Assembly: GCA_951406725.2 (NCBI GenBank)
Contig: OX597814.1
Span: forward strand, 2,232,001-2,296,000
From: Octopus vulgaris
Lineage: Eukaryota
Reading direction: 5' to 3'
DNA length: 64,000 bases
This document shows positions 12,471 to 26,706 of the stretch, piece by piece. The notes beneath the pieces were generated by a model. That model saw only the letters and a list, made by a program, of their open reading frames with translations. It made no database searches and was not told the DNA's origin. The translations under genes and the position numbers were made by a program. Within the stretch, counting starts at the first letter, position 1. Every line of letters starts with the position of its first letter.

Positions 12471-14744
12471 TGGAACAGTGGAAGCAGCAGTATCCTTAAA
12501 AATATTTTTGATAATATTTTTATTGTTATCGCTAATCTTCTTATTTATTATAACAATATTTCAAAAAAACAGGGGTTAGTGGTAGGGGCTGGTGGCGTGT
12601 GTGTGTGTGGATGGTGGTGGTGGTGGTGGTGGTGATGAAGGTAAAATGAATAGAATTTCAAAAAAGATAAGAGAAAGTTAAAAGGGCATAAAAATCAACT
12701 GCAGAAACCCCTTGAAAAATCGCATTAAAAGGGGCCAAGGTGTGAAAGATAAGATAAAATAGTGACATATTTCATGTCAAAGTTTCGAGAGAAATGGTAT
12801 TTATTTACACATTAGATTCTATTAAATCTATATTTGTCTGAGGCTCTGCTGACATCTGTTTCTTTCTCCCCCACTGCCTCCATCATACACCTCACACCCG
12901 CGCAGTCACCGCCATATTCATTATCTGTCTCGGTTTAAAATGGCGTCATGCACCACTTCCGCTAAACGTGTGTATTCGTACGAAATTATCAGAATCAAAG
13001 AGGATTTTTCCATGAAAACTCTTCAAATTGAGATGTTAGCCCAGTTCCTTCATTCGTCAGAGAAAATGTATAAAATACAACGGCAACAAGAAAAATATAT
13101 GAAATATGAAACTTGTGTTGTTGTTTTTTTGTCTTTTTTTTCCATATTTTGAAATATGGGTCATTTAACACGCTGATGAAACTGGTTTTAATACAGGATA
13201 TTGGTTTTCTCCCTTAACAAACAAGTTTTCTTCCGTGGTACAAGACCACAATTGTATAGAAGAAGAACAGATGTTGTGATGTGTCATGGTTTTCTCTAAA
13301 GACTGTAACATTATAAATGAAGAGATTTGACTTCTCCGAAGAGCGACAAACGTGTAGCGACTCTTTTCACCGGAAGTTTGCTCTACGTCAGTATAGATAC
13401 TACGAAACCACCAAATGCGTCAAGACCAAAAAATTCTCTTCGCAAATAACTATGATGGACTCTCACTTTCATTTCAGTATACGAGCGTCCAGTGGTTCGA
13501 TCAAACGGATGGCCTGTTCCTTAAAATGGCTTGAGAGTGGTTGAGTATCCCGAAGACCCATATATCTTAGAATTCCAAAGTAAGAAAAGAGTGAGAGCGT
13601 ATCACGAAAGAACATTTGCATTTTCGGTACAGTCTATCCGGTTGGACCCTTACACAATTTCTATCTTCGCAAACTAACTCAGAGAGCTTGAGGCAACCCA
13701 GTGTTACAGTAAAGGTACTTGTCCAATATTCCTCGCTGTACGTCGAACCTGGAACCGCGTAGTCGCAAAACGAATTACTTAATTTGCGTCCAAAACAACT
13801 ATAATACTTAATTACTATAATATTTGATTAATGTTGCACTTAATTGTCATAATTCTTGACATTAATGCATTGGTAGGCGAATAGGAAAAATCGATTAACT
13901 GATATTTAACTGGTACTAGTTTTAAGAAAATCGATTTATGACACAGGGTCACATATTTTTTGAGGGAGACAGTCTAGCAAAAGAACCCTGTGCTCAATTG
14001 GTTCTTCTCTATATCCACCTTGGAAGGAGAAAAATTAAAACTGACTTCGGTAAAATTTGAATATCGGGCGTAAAAAGTCGTAACTGAGCAGCATCGTTCT
14101 TAGATTCTCCTAATCAAAAGAAAAAGAAAAGAGGAATTTGGGGCCGATTACAATTGATTAAATTCTTCACAATATTCAAACTTTAGTAAAAGACCAGGAA
14201 TTTGTTGGAGAAATAGGCGACTGTCATTGATTAGATATAAATGGTTCTTCTTTGGTCCATACTGGTATGATAATATCAAAGCTGGCTCCGGTAATAGAGT
14301 AAATTTTTGAGTAAGTAGACTGCGCTGAGTTTGCTATCTTGGAGCATCGAATTAGAACTAGCAACAACAAGAACAAAATAGGAATATCATCATAAACACT
14401 ATCAACAACAACAATTCAAGGTAATAAAGTGGAAGTAAATAAAATTAGAATAAAAAAATTCAGTGGAACAAAATTCAGAGTAAAACAGTTTACGAGGGTT
14501 GAAATACGCTTCTAATATTCAGGTCTGTTTAAGGCGGCGAGCTGGCAGTTCAAATGTCACCGAGATCGATATTGCTTTTCATCCTCTCGTGGTCGATAAT
14601 TGAGTACAGGGGTCGAAGTGATTGATTTACTTCCCACCCCGAATTTTCAGGCCTTGTGCCAATATTTGAATCCAGAATCTGAGTTTATTTTTCCTTAAAC
14701 TTCGTATGTGTGTATGTGTACGTAAGCGAGTATCTAAATATGTA

Positions 14745-15667
14745 TTGAGTTATCCCATAAATAATGTGGTTTTCTCAATTGCATGAACTAAAAGTCGGAA
14801 GAGGGCAAGATAAACTACCTGCATCAACTTGCTATAAAAACAGGGTAGTAATTTTACCTTGTCCTTATTCTTAGTGCAAGCTTTTAAGAGTGCAGTTCGA
14901 TTTTAGCAGTTAGTTTTCAAAGCTATAATGGAAGTGACAAAGGAGCATATTTGGCATATTTTGCTTTATGAGTTCAATAAAGGCAACAATGCAATGGAAT
15001 GTGCGAGGAATATTAATGCAGTATATGGGGATCGGACGATAAGCGTAAACCAGTGTGTGTCAACAGTGGTTCCAGAAATTCCAAGCCGGAAACTACAGCC
15101 TAGAAAACGAGCCTTGTCCTCAAAGATTTGTAGAGCTCGATGAAGACGTCCTGCAAACCTTGGTGGAACAAAATCCCATCATAACTGTTGAGGAATAGCA
15201 GAGAAGCTTGGATTTGCTCATTCAACCATTTATCGACACCTGCGCTAGAAGTAAAACGACCATCTTTGGTTTTAAGACAATGGGTGTTCTTCCATCAGGA
15301 TCATGTTCGGCCACATACAACGAGGATGACATTCCTGAGGTTGGAACAGTTTGAATGGGAAACAATGCCCCACCCACCATATTCGCCGGACATTTCCCCA
15401 TCTGATTATCATTTATTCCACAGTCTTCAAAATCATTTGGACGGAAAAAATATGAGTTCTGTAGACGAGGTCAGAACAATACTGGAGGAGTATTTTTCAT
15501 CACAGACAAGTGGATTTTGAAAGAGGGGCCTTGCAAGTCAACCAGATAGATAGAAGAGCATTGTAGTAAATGAAAGAGAGTATATTTTAGATTTAAAAAG
15601 AATTTTGACTCAATTTTGAAAAATAAAAGATGTGTAAATATACCGCATTATTTATGGGATAACCCAG
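14745..15667 (+). mobile_element. Internally deleted mariner (DD34D) transposon
   Basis: TIRs TTGAGTTATCCCATAAATAATGTGG / CCGCATTATTTATGGGATAACCCAG; HILLYEFNKGNNA N-terminus; HQDHVRPH and HPPYSPDISPSDYHLF motifs; central catalytic region missing. Confidence 0.93.
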
Positions 15668-15780
15668 TTTATATTTGGGTGTGTATGCTGTGTTTCTATG
15701 TGTGCAAAGGTATCTGTAAACATGCGTATAAGTATATACGTAAGTGTGTATGTATGTGTGTGGTGTATGTGTATATATGT

Positions 15781-16448
15781 ATCTTGGTGGATTCCTCCTT
15801 TTCGCCTTCAGCCCAGTGCGTCCATGCTGCCAACAAAGCACGCGGAATTCTGTTCTTGATTCGACGGTCATTCGGAATGCTCACAGCAGCCATATTCCTA
15901 CCACTCTATGTCACACTGGTGAGACCCATATTGGAGTATGGGATTCAAGCCTCTTCTCCTTATCTCCTCAAAGACATACAGCATCTCGAAAGAGTCCAGA
16001 AGCTGGCTACCCGCATGGTTCATGGTCTCAAAAATTTGTCCTACGAAGAAAGGCTGAGGACGCTCGACCTTTATTCTCTTGAAAAACGCCGCCGCCGTGG
16101 TGATCTCATTCTCGCCCACAACATCATAAGCGGAAAGTGTAACCTCTCGAAAGAGCTGTTCTTCACTCCTGCTCCAGAGCGTCGGCTGCGGGGTCATTCC
16201 GAAAAGCTCTACCTGCGACGATTTCATCTCAATCGAAGGAGAGGAGCTTTCTCCGTCCGGGTTGCGGATCCGTGGAACAAGCTGCCAGACGAGATGGTGA
16301 AGATGCCGACGACCGCTTTGTTCAAAGCCTCCCTGGACCTCAAGTGGCCTGAACTCTTTACATGAACACCACCCTGTACTTAACTCCATGTCCCCCTACA
16401 TGGCCTTGCTATTTGCTTTTGAGCCAAATTAACTAACTAACTAACTAA
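15781..16448 (+). mobile_element. 5'-truncated CR1-type LINE (ORF2 C-terminus, 3'UTR, (AACT)n tail)
   Basis: LYVTLVRPILEYG, LERVQKLAT, SYEERLRTLDLYSLEKRRRRGDLI, RGHSEKL, FSVRVADPWNKLP; stop at 16365; tail TAACTAACTAAC. Confidence 0.93.
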
Positions 16449-17214
16449 CATATGTGGATGTATGTGTATATATGTGTCGGGTATGTTTACACAAAACTTG
16501 AATGAAATAATGCTAGGCCCAATAAAATAGTAACACGTGCTTTCACAATCTCTCTCTCTCTCTCTCACACACACACGCACGCACACACACACACACGCAC
16601 ATGCTCATACGATTATAAAAAAAGCATGTCAAGAAAGAAGGTTTAAAAGAATACTGAAAATAGAAAGTCAGTTTATTTTAAATGGTGGCATGCAATTAAA
16701 TTTCTAGTGTTGTGTAATTAATAATTAAACTAAAGCACGAAAATTTATTGAGAGAGAGAGAGAAAGAACTAGCGAGCGAGAGAGAGAGTGAGTGAGAGAG
16801 AGAGAGAAAGAGAGAGAGAAAGAGAAAGAAAGAGAAGAAGGGAGAGAGGGAGAAACGTAAATAACTCTCGACATTGTTTTTCTGGCACCAAAATCTGAGA
16901 TATTCTTAATAATTAGTTCGATTATTTATGAAAATAATAATTAAATTGACATATATATTTCGTTGACTTTCTTTAAAATTTCTTTTTTGGTGATAAAAAT
17001 TGATCAATTCTCTCCTCACAACAGATGGAACTGGTTTGTTTTTAAAACATTTTTTGGATCATTCCGTGGCTGATTGTGTTGTTGTTGTTGTTTATGTCGT
17101 TGTTTATGGTGTTGTGAATGTTATCGTTTTTGTTGTAGTTGATGATAACGATGTGGTCACGATAATGTCATGGTTATTATTATTAACAACAAGGCTATTA
17201 TTTGGTGACGTTGG

Positions 17215-17248
<34 letters not shown>

Positions 17249-17344
17249 TCTCAGAAATGTTGCTGCTGATGTTGATGATGATGATGATGATGATGATGAA
17301 TGTTTTGTATACTGTTGTTACGTTTATAAGGATTATACCATTTG

Positions 17345-17405
<61 letters not shown>

Positions 17406-17520
17406 CATGGTTGATATTATTACTTTTCATCTTTGCAGGGTCCAAAAAATAAGTACCAGTTACGCACTGGGGTCGATGAAGTCAATTAGCCCCCTCCCTC
17501 GAAGTTTCAGGCATTTTGCC

Positions 17521-17556
<36 letters not shown>

Positions 17557-17615
17557 CATTATTATTATTATTATTACTATTATTATTATTACTATTATTA
17601 TTATTATTATTATTA

Positions 17616-17682
<67 letters not shown>

Positions 17683-17730
17683 CATTATTATTATTATTAT
17701 TACTATTATTATTATTACTATTATTATTAC

Positions 17731-17798
<68 letters not shown>

Positions 17799-17799
<1 letters not shown>

Positions 17800-18185
17800 G
17801 GCGGTGAGCTGACAGAATGGTTAGCACGCTGGACGAAATGCTTAGCGGCATTTCGTCAGTCTTTACGTTCTAAGTTCAATTTCCACCGTGGTTGAACATT
17901 GGGTTTTATGTAATCGACTAATCCCCTTCCTCCAAAATTGCTGGCCTTGTGCCAAAATTTGAAGCCATTATTGGTGGTGAGCAGGCAGAGTCGTTAGCAC
18001 ACCGGGCGAATTGCTTTCTGGTATTTCGTCTGTCTTTACGTTCTGAGTTCAAATGCCGCCAGGGTCGACTTTGCCATTCATCCTTTCGGAGTTAATAAAT
18101 TAAGTACCAGTTGCGTACTGGGGTCGATCAAATCAACTGCCCCCTACCACCAAGTTTCAGGCCTTTTGTCTATAACCGAAAGGAT
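17799..18185 (+). mobile_element. Two adjacent short-tail SINE A copies
   Basis: GGCGGTGAGCTGACAGAA head, GTTCAA B-box, core and CAGGCCTT tail, each seen twice. Confidence 0.85.
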
Positions 18186-18192
18186 TCTTCTT

Positions 18193-18251
<59 letters not shown>

Positions 18252-18283
18252 CATTATTATTATTATTATTATTATCATTATTA

Positions 18284-18339
<56 letters not shown>

Positions 18340-18364
18340 TATTATTATTATTATTATTATTATT

Positions 18365-18912
18365 GAGTGAGAGAGCAGTGCATACCATCAAAGTGACACT
18401 GGAGTAAAATCTACGAAGCCCATTATACCCATCATGACTACACGTCTGATAAGGGTACACTAGGCACATGAATCACAACAATATGTGCGCGACATGGTGA
18501 TCTCATATCAAAATAAACAGCACATGACCTTGCAGGTGGGGCCCAGTTAGAATTTTCTTCAGGTCGAGTAGCCCATCCCACTCGAAAGGTCCCTGAACAA
18601 GGGTTGTTTAAGGATGTTGAACGAACCACCCATGTTTCCAGAGGTGAATTATCCAAACCCCAAAGAATCCCTCTTAACACATGGCTATGATGCTCCCCAA
18701 CTACTTTTGCTCGTGATCAGAGATGCACATATCGTCAGCCATTGAGGGACATGCTCAACTGGTTAAGGTCAAACAACTGACAAGCAAATATGTGGTATTG
18801 AGCAGAATATTTGCTGTAGCCCATCTTTTATACCAAGACAAAACAATGTACATGATAACACTTCCAATCAGTTAAGATCAGAAGCCATGAGAGCCACTGG
18901 CTGGTACTACAT
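18365..18912 (-). mobile_element. Element D, copy 2, in (ATT)n
   Basis: Reverse complement of 3529-4083. Confidence 0.9.
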
Positions 18913-19128
18913 ATTATTATTATCATCATTATTATTATTACTATTATTATTATTATTATTATTATTATTGTTGTTGTTGTTGTTGTTATTATTATTGTTG
19001 TTGTTGTTGTTATTATTATTACTATTATTATTATTGTTATTATTATTGTTATTATTAGCAGTGTTGTTGTTGTTGGTGGTGGTGGTAGTAATGTTGAGGC
19101 TGTAGTAGTAGCAACAATAGCACTAGTA

Positions 19129-20374
19129 GTAGGTCATCAAGTATGAAATTTGTAGTCAGGTATATGGTAAACTTATCAGGTATATGACAACTGCTCATTT
19201 TGCGCCATTATTATATTTTGACAATCCTTATTTTTGGTTGGAAAGCTGACACATCTATTTCTTTATTCTGACTCATTTTGCACTTAGTAAAGTATTTATT
19301 AATCGTTATTTCCTATTTTTGTTTAGAGATGGATTAGTCGGAAATTCGTACAGATTTGAAATACGAGTTCGGAATATTACTGGAGTATTTCATTCTAATG
19401 TTATTACACAGCAGAGAGCATCAAATTGTTTTGCAAAATTTCGTTCTGGTAACTTTGACCTCACAAATGAGCAACGCGGTCGACCAGAAACAAAGGTGGA
19501 TAATGACGAACTGAAAGCCACCGTCGAATCAGATTCATCTCAAAGGGTCCGTGAATTATCGTTGTTGTTTGGTGTTAGCAAGCAACCAATATTGACTCAC
19601 CTTGTTCAAATCGGTAAAGCGAAAAAGTTGGATAAGTGGGTTCCACATGAACTCAATGAAAATCAGAAACAGCAACGTTTGGAAGCCTACGTTGTGCTAC
19701 TTTCTCATCACAAAAATTAATCATTTTTGAATTGAATTGTAACATGTGATGAGAAATGGATCCAATACGACAACCATAAACGTTCAGCCCTATAGTTGGA
19801 TAAAGACGAGCCACCAAAACACAGTCCCGAAAGCAAAATTCATCAAAAGAAGCTGATGGTGTGTGTTTGGTGTCTGGCGCAGGTGTCATTCATTATGATT
19901 TCATTAAACCTGGCTCATCAATCATGGCCGGAGTATACTGCAGCCAACTGGACCAAATGATGCAGAAATTTACAAAAAAAGAAAGCCTAGATTAGCCAAC
20001 AGATCCATTCCTATTTTATTGCAACAAAATGACATTGGTGAAACTACAGGATTTAGAGTTGGAAGATCTCCATCATCCACCATACTCACCTGATCTTGTC
20101 CCCCTGACTGCCACTTCCAGAATTTGGATAACTTTTTGATTGAAAAAAATAATAATAATAAATTCCGACGATGCTGTAAAATAGGCCTTCCAAGATTTTA
20201 TTGACTCTAAATTGCCAGGTTTTTACAGTTCCGGGCTGGACAAGCTACCGCTGAAATGGCAAAAGTGTTTGACAATGTGGTTGCATACTTTCATGAATAA
20301 AACTATTCTTTGTGTTTATAATAGATTAGCAATCTTTCCTTTCTTTTCCACAAATTTCATACTTGACGACTCAA
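19129..20374 (+). mobile_element. Full-length degenerate mariner transposon (~1.25 kb)
   Basis: TIRs GTAGGTCATCAAGTATGAAATTTG / CAAATTTCATACTTGACGACTCAA flanked by TA; FAKFRSGNFDL, WVPHEL, IVTCDEKWI, HPPYSPDL; contains stops and frameshifts. Confidence 0.95.
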
Positions 20375-20535
20375 TACTATTATTGTAGAAGTTGTAATAG
20401 TATAGCAGTAGTAGTAGTAGTAGTAGTTGTAGGAGGAGGAGGAAGAGTGGTAGTAGTAAATGCTGATGTTTCTTTATCATATTTCTTCAGGTTATTGTTG
20501 CTACGCTTTTATTGTTGCTGCAGTACAAGCAGGTC

Positions 20536-20572
<37 letters not shown>

Positions 20573-21069
20573 TGTTGTTGTTGTTGTCGTTATTGGTGGT
20601 AGTAAATGATGTTTTTAATATTGTTGATGACGTTGATGGTGAAGTTCTTACAAAAAGCGCTGATCTTGTTGACGATGGCAAAGGTTGATATTTTTTTTCG
20701 AGATGAAGAAAGATTTGCTACCTATGTTCATGTTTTATACATGCATGTATATGTATGTATATACTTACATAACCATATACATACATACTTGCATAAATGC
20801 CTACATACATGCATATATATATATATACACACATACACACACGCATATATAATTGCATGCATATTCACATACATACACACACATATCTATATATATATAT
20901 CTACATGTTTACATATATTCCTGTGTACCCTTACATATGTGTGTGTGTGTTTGTATGCTTACGTGAGTTTATGCATATATGCTTACATACACACACATGT
21001 ATATCATTAATGTGACAACATGCACATAGACACGCGTATGTGTCTCTACATGTTTATATATGCTTCCGT

Positions 21070-21126
<57 letters not shown>

Positions 21127-21241
21127 GTGTTTGACTGATGCTGTGATCTCAGGCGTTGTTATATCTCTATCCTATATCTACAATATCACCATGTATGACA
21201 TACATATCAAAACTTTTGATCCGCCTTTCTGATTCGAAACC

Positions 21242-21291
<50 letters not shown>

Positions 21292-21759
21292 GCAGCTGCA
21301 AACGACATCAACAACAGCAACAATAACAACGACAACAACGCGCAGGACAGCAACAACAACAACAACAACAGATCATTGTAGAAAAAAACTAAAATAAAAT
21401 TTAAAAAATCACTCAAAAATTTTTGTTAAAAAAACATAATTTCCGTAAAAGGAAAGGAAGGCAACACATCCGTTTGAATTGATAAGACTAGAGATGATTA
21501 CGTGCAAAACTTCACGTGCTCATTTGACGTGCACACCTTACTGTGCAATCATGGCTTGCGTCTAATGTGCAAAGTAAGCAGAGAAATTTTTATTGGAGAA
21601 TCCTTGTCAGCTGAGAGAAAGGTGTTTCGCTTCTTTGATGCTGTTAGTGATAGCAAGCTGTCAGTATTGGTTAAAGATGAGTGTAAACTGTTACAAAAAG
21701 AGAGAAAAAAGGAAAAAAGAAAAGAGAAAGGAAAAGAGAAAAGAAAAGAAAAATTACAA

Positions 21760-22920
<1,161 letters not shown>

Positions 22921-23310
22921 AAGATTTTGTGACAAACTACTTTTGTTAGACACGACTGGAGAGGCTGTGTGGTGGCGGGTGTCGGGTGAGAGAGGGATGG
23001 CTTTTGCTGTATTTGTTTTTTCTAAAAAAAAAACACAAAATATAAAAGAATAAAACAGAGAAAGTTGATTGAATCGACCTCTAGCGTTTTAATTGTATTA
23101 ATTTGTCGATATGTGAAAGGTGAAATAGGAAAGGTGACTTCTACCCCCCCACCCACCCACCCACCTGCCGTGCTCCCGTGACCCCGTCCCCGCCTCCAAA
23201 CACGCCCCAGTAAGGTTTGAAGTGAAAGCAATAAGGGAATAGCAATGTAAGTCATTCTTACCTTTTTCCCCTCCGTCGCTGCCCCCCCTCTCTCTCTTTC
23301 TCTCTCTCAT

Positions 23311-23348
<38 letters not shown>

Positions 23349-23359
23349 ATTCTCTCTCG

Positions 23360-23399
23360 ATGAGTAAAAATCAAACAAGACCCTTCTGCACAGATACAG
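23360..23399 (+). CDS. Candidate small exon ending at a perfect CAG|GTAAGT donor (ATG-initiated MSKNQTRPFCTDT|G, or 6-nt microexon 23394-23399)
   Basis: Donor at 23400-23405; upstream (TC)n tract and ctTGCacag acceptor; ATG at 23360 in an open frame. Confidence 0.35.
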
Positions 23400-23437
23400 G
23401 TAAGTTGAGTATACACCCCACCCACATATATAACTGT

Positions 23438-23581
23438 ATTCTTTTATTCTATAATTCTTTTACTAGTTTCAGTCATTTGACTGCCGCCATTCTGGAGCAC
23501 CGCCTTTAGTCAAACAAATCGCCCCCTGAACTTATTGTTTGTAAGCATAGTACTTATTCTATCAGTCACTTTGCGCCGAAC

Positions 23582-23641
<60 letters not shown>

Positions 23642-23982
23642 GTATTTCTTCCTCCACCTCACTCTCTATTTTGTATCACATCTAAACTAACTGTGACTTA
23701 ACCATCCTCTTACACCGTATCCGCTGAAGGTATATGATTAATAAATATCTTCGAAACAGCTGTAAGACCTTCTATCTATAAATGTTCTAATATCTACACA
23801 GCCTTGGTTTTTTTTTATCTCATTACGCAAAATTTCTTATACACACTCACTGACATAGAACCAACGTTGAACCTCTTATTCGCAAAATCAACGAACCTGG
23901 AACTTAACTATGGTCTGTCTATAGCATTCATTCAGCATTACCTGACACCTTTGGGTCTCAATGACACCATTACCTCTCATAA

Positions 23983-24037
<55 letters not shown>

Positions 24038-24200
24038 GGTGGCCTTCTTTCAGTTTTCGTTTATCAAATCCACTCATAAGGCTTTGGTTGGCCCGAGGTT
24101 AGATTAGACAACACTTGCCCAAGGTGCCACGCAGTGGGACTGAACCCAGAAATATGCGGTTGGGAAGCAAGCTTCTTACCACTCAGTCATGCCTGCGCCT
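23438..24200 (-). mobile_element. SINE C (tRNA head, CCTTGGGCAAGT core, internal microsatellite, CR1-like tail), interrupted by an insert
   Basis: Head reverse complement AGGCGCAGGCATGACTGAGTGG; tail GGCGGTGCTCCAG..CAGTCAAATGACTGAAAC; homologous to 28925-29344. Confidence 0.85.
23645..23984 (+). mobile_element. (TA)n-flanked element with a degenerate hammerhead fold (23717-23768)
   Basis: GTAT-ccGcTGA-AGGTATATGATTAATAAATATCTTC-GAAA-CAGCTG-TA-AGAC; nested in the microsatellite of SINE C. Confidence 0.55.
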
Positions 24201-24697
24201 ATATGCATATATAGCTCTTTCACCTTTTACCTTTAACGTTTTTCGGTCGCTAGAGTGCGGCCCTGCTGGAGCGCCACTTTGAAGAAATTTTAGTTGAATA
24301 AATCTACCCCAGTACTTTTTTTTAAGCATGACAATTATTCTATCGTTCTCTTTTGCCGAGTCGCTAGTTTATGGGAATGTAAACACACGAAGCCTGGTTA
24401 TAGATCGGTGGTGGGGTATAAACACAGACGCAAAACACACGTACACACAAACACAAATACATACACACATAGTATTACGTATTCTAGGACAGGTAACTTT
24501 AAATTATAGCTTTGCCTCGATACATAGGACAAAAATCTAAATGTTGTCAAATTTCTTTCGTTTTTAAACGAAATGATGAAATGAGATAATTTTCAAAATA
24601 GAAATATTTATTAGATTATAAAATTAAATAAAATAAATTTCTTGTTTGTATACCTCTACTCTCGACTACTCAGCCATTTATTTCCTCTCTTCTTCCT

Positions 24698-24739
<42 letters not shown>

Positions 24740-24918
24740 GTGATGCGCTATTTCTCAATGTGTATGTGTGCAGCGTTCCTTTACTCATTGCCTGCCACAA
24801 AACCTAGTATGTTCACTCATCCAGCATCTCTTTCTAACTCTGAATTTCATCCTCTCTCCATTCTCTGTTTATGAAGTAAAGCACGACTAGATAAATAGAC
24901 AATAAATCAACTACGATT

Positions 24919-25003
<85 letters not shown>

Positions 25004-25039
25004 GTTGCTGCTGCTGCTGTTATCATTATTATTATAATT

Positions 25040-25523
25040 GAGTGAAAGGGCAGTGTATGCAATCAAGGTGACTCTGGGGTAAAATATAAGAAGCCCAGTA
25101 TACCCATCATGGTGCGCAACAAGGTAATCTCATATCAAGATAAACAGCGCATGACCTTGCAGGTGGGGCTCAATTAAAAATTTCTTCGGGTGAGTATCCC
25201 ATCCCGCTCAAGAGATCCCTAAGTGAGAGTTGTTTAAGGATAACGAACGAAACACTTTTGTTTCCAGAAGCGAATTATTCAAACCCCAAAGAATTTCTCT
25301 CAACATATGTCTATGATGCTCCCCCACTACTTCTGCTCGTAATCAGAGATGCACATATCGTCAGCCACTAAGGGACGTGCTCAACTGGTTAAGGTCAAGC
25401 AACTGACAAGCAAATCTGTGGTTTTGAGCAGAATATTTCTTGCAGCTCACCTTTCATACCAAGTCAACACATGTACATGATAACATTTGTTATCAGGATC
25501 AGAAGCTTCGAGAGCCAGTGCCT
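25040..25523 (-). mobile_element. Element D, copy 3 (older, internally deleted)
   Basis: Reverse-complement similarity to 3529-4083. Confidence 0.85.
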
Positions 25524-25544
25524 TAATAATAATAATAATAATAA

Positions 25545-25772
25545 TCATTATCATTATTATCATATGAAAACTCACAGCTTATTTTGCTGGGTAAGATGGA
25601 ATGTGTCAGCTGTCCACAGCCAGCAGACTAAGGTGTCATTTGTTTACTGGTCATGCTTCAAGAACCCTGCGAAGAATTCCTGCAGTTCCAAGCAAGGCTG
25701 ATTTTTGTTGATGTTCTACCTTCACACTTGCACCGATCTTTTTCAGCCATGTTGGTAGTTGAGTGCTGATAC
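25545..25772 (-). pseudogene. 3' end of an R4/Dong-type LINE
   Basis: Reverse strand reads SALLGTAGILRRVLEA*, then a short UTR and (TAA)-like tail. Confidence 0.7.
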
Positions 25773-26404
25773 TTAAAAAAAACATTTAAATAAAAAAAAT
25801 CGAACTTACAAATTTTCCAATATGCAGGTAGTCATATTATTTATCTCTTACAATGAACTACAGTACGTTTTGATTCGCCTGCCATCATTGAAAGACGTTG
25901 AAAATACTTCTCAAATTCTATGCAATATTTTCTTTAAGTATTTCATTTTGTTCACTTTCTTTTTCGGAATCATGATTGTTATTTGAATAATCATTTATTT
26001 ATTCATATGCAAATTTTACTCGTATGCGTTTGGCGTAGACATCGATCAAGTCTTCTTTTAGCTGTCATCTGTTTAGGCTTCTAATCCTCATTTAGCCAAA
26101 CACTTACAAAGCTCAACTCAGTTCAATTAAAACGCTGGGGTAAGCAACGCATTGTAAGCCACACTATAATTTGCAAAAAAGTTATCTGCGCGCAGGATAC
26201 GCATTGCCTCTCCGATGCCTTGTTTTTTTCATTGTAGTATTTATTTCCTTTCCCTGGGGTTCTAGAGAAAGGAAATAAATATTGCAAAGGCACCTCACTC
26301 ACAGCCCAGTAAGAACTAACGTTTTTATACATTAAAACAATAAATAATAACTATGTGCAAAACTTAATCAAGTAAGAATTAAAAATGTAGAAGCGTCCCA
26401 AGTT

Positions 26405-26505
26405 GCGTTGATTGAAAGACAGATGTGTACATTATAACTGACACGATCGAATGTACACGGACGTGTTGTGATCGATAAGGTACACATCTACATTTCAATC
26501 AACGC
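26405..26505. repeat. 101-bp imperfect hairpin in unique DNA
   Basis: GCGTTGATTGAAA/TTTCAATCAACGC and AGATGTGTAC/GTACACATCT arms. Confidence 0.85.
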
Positions 26506-26706
26506 TGTTTCGTGCACTTCGATTTAATTGTTTAGTTTTTACAAAACACAACGACACAATGTCCATTATTCGAAAAATTATACATTCTTGGAATTCAGTC
26601 GTATGAACCCACACTCCAAGTATTGTAATCTAAACTCATTGACGCTAGTGAATAAAACCGTACCCTCGATGCCATTGCTCACAAATTAAGGTTTACTAAA
26701 TGCTGG

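Noticed and set aside
13173-13200. CTGATGA hammerhead core
   Set aside because: No GAAA after the putative stem II and no stem I or III.
15616-15780. N-terminal part of the 249-aa ORF
   Set aside because: Read-through from the mariner TIR and TG-rich DNA into a truncated CR1; not a real chimeric gene.
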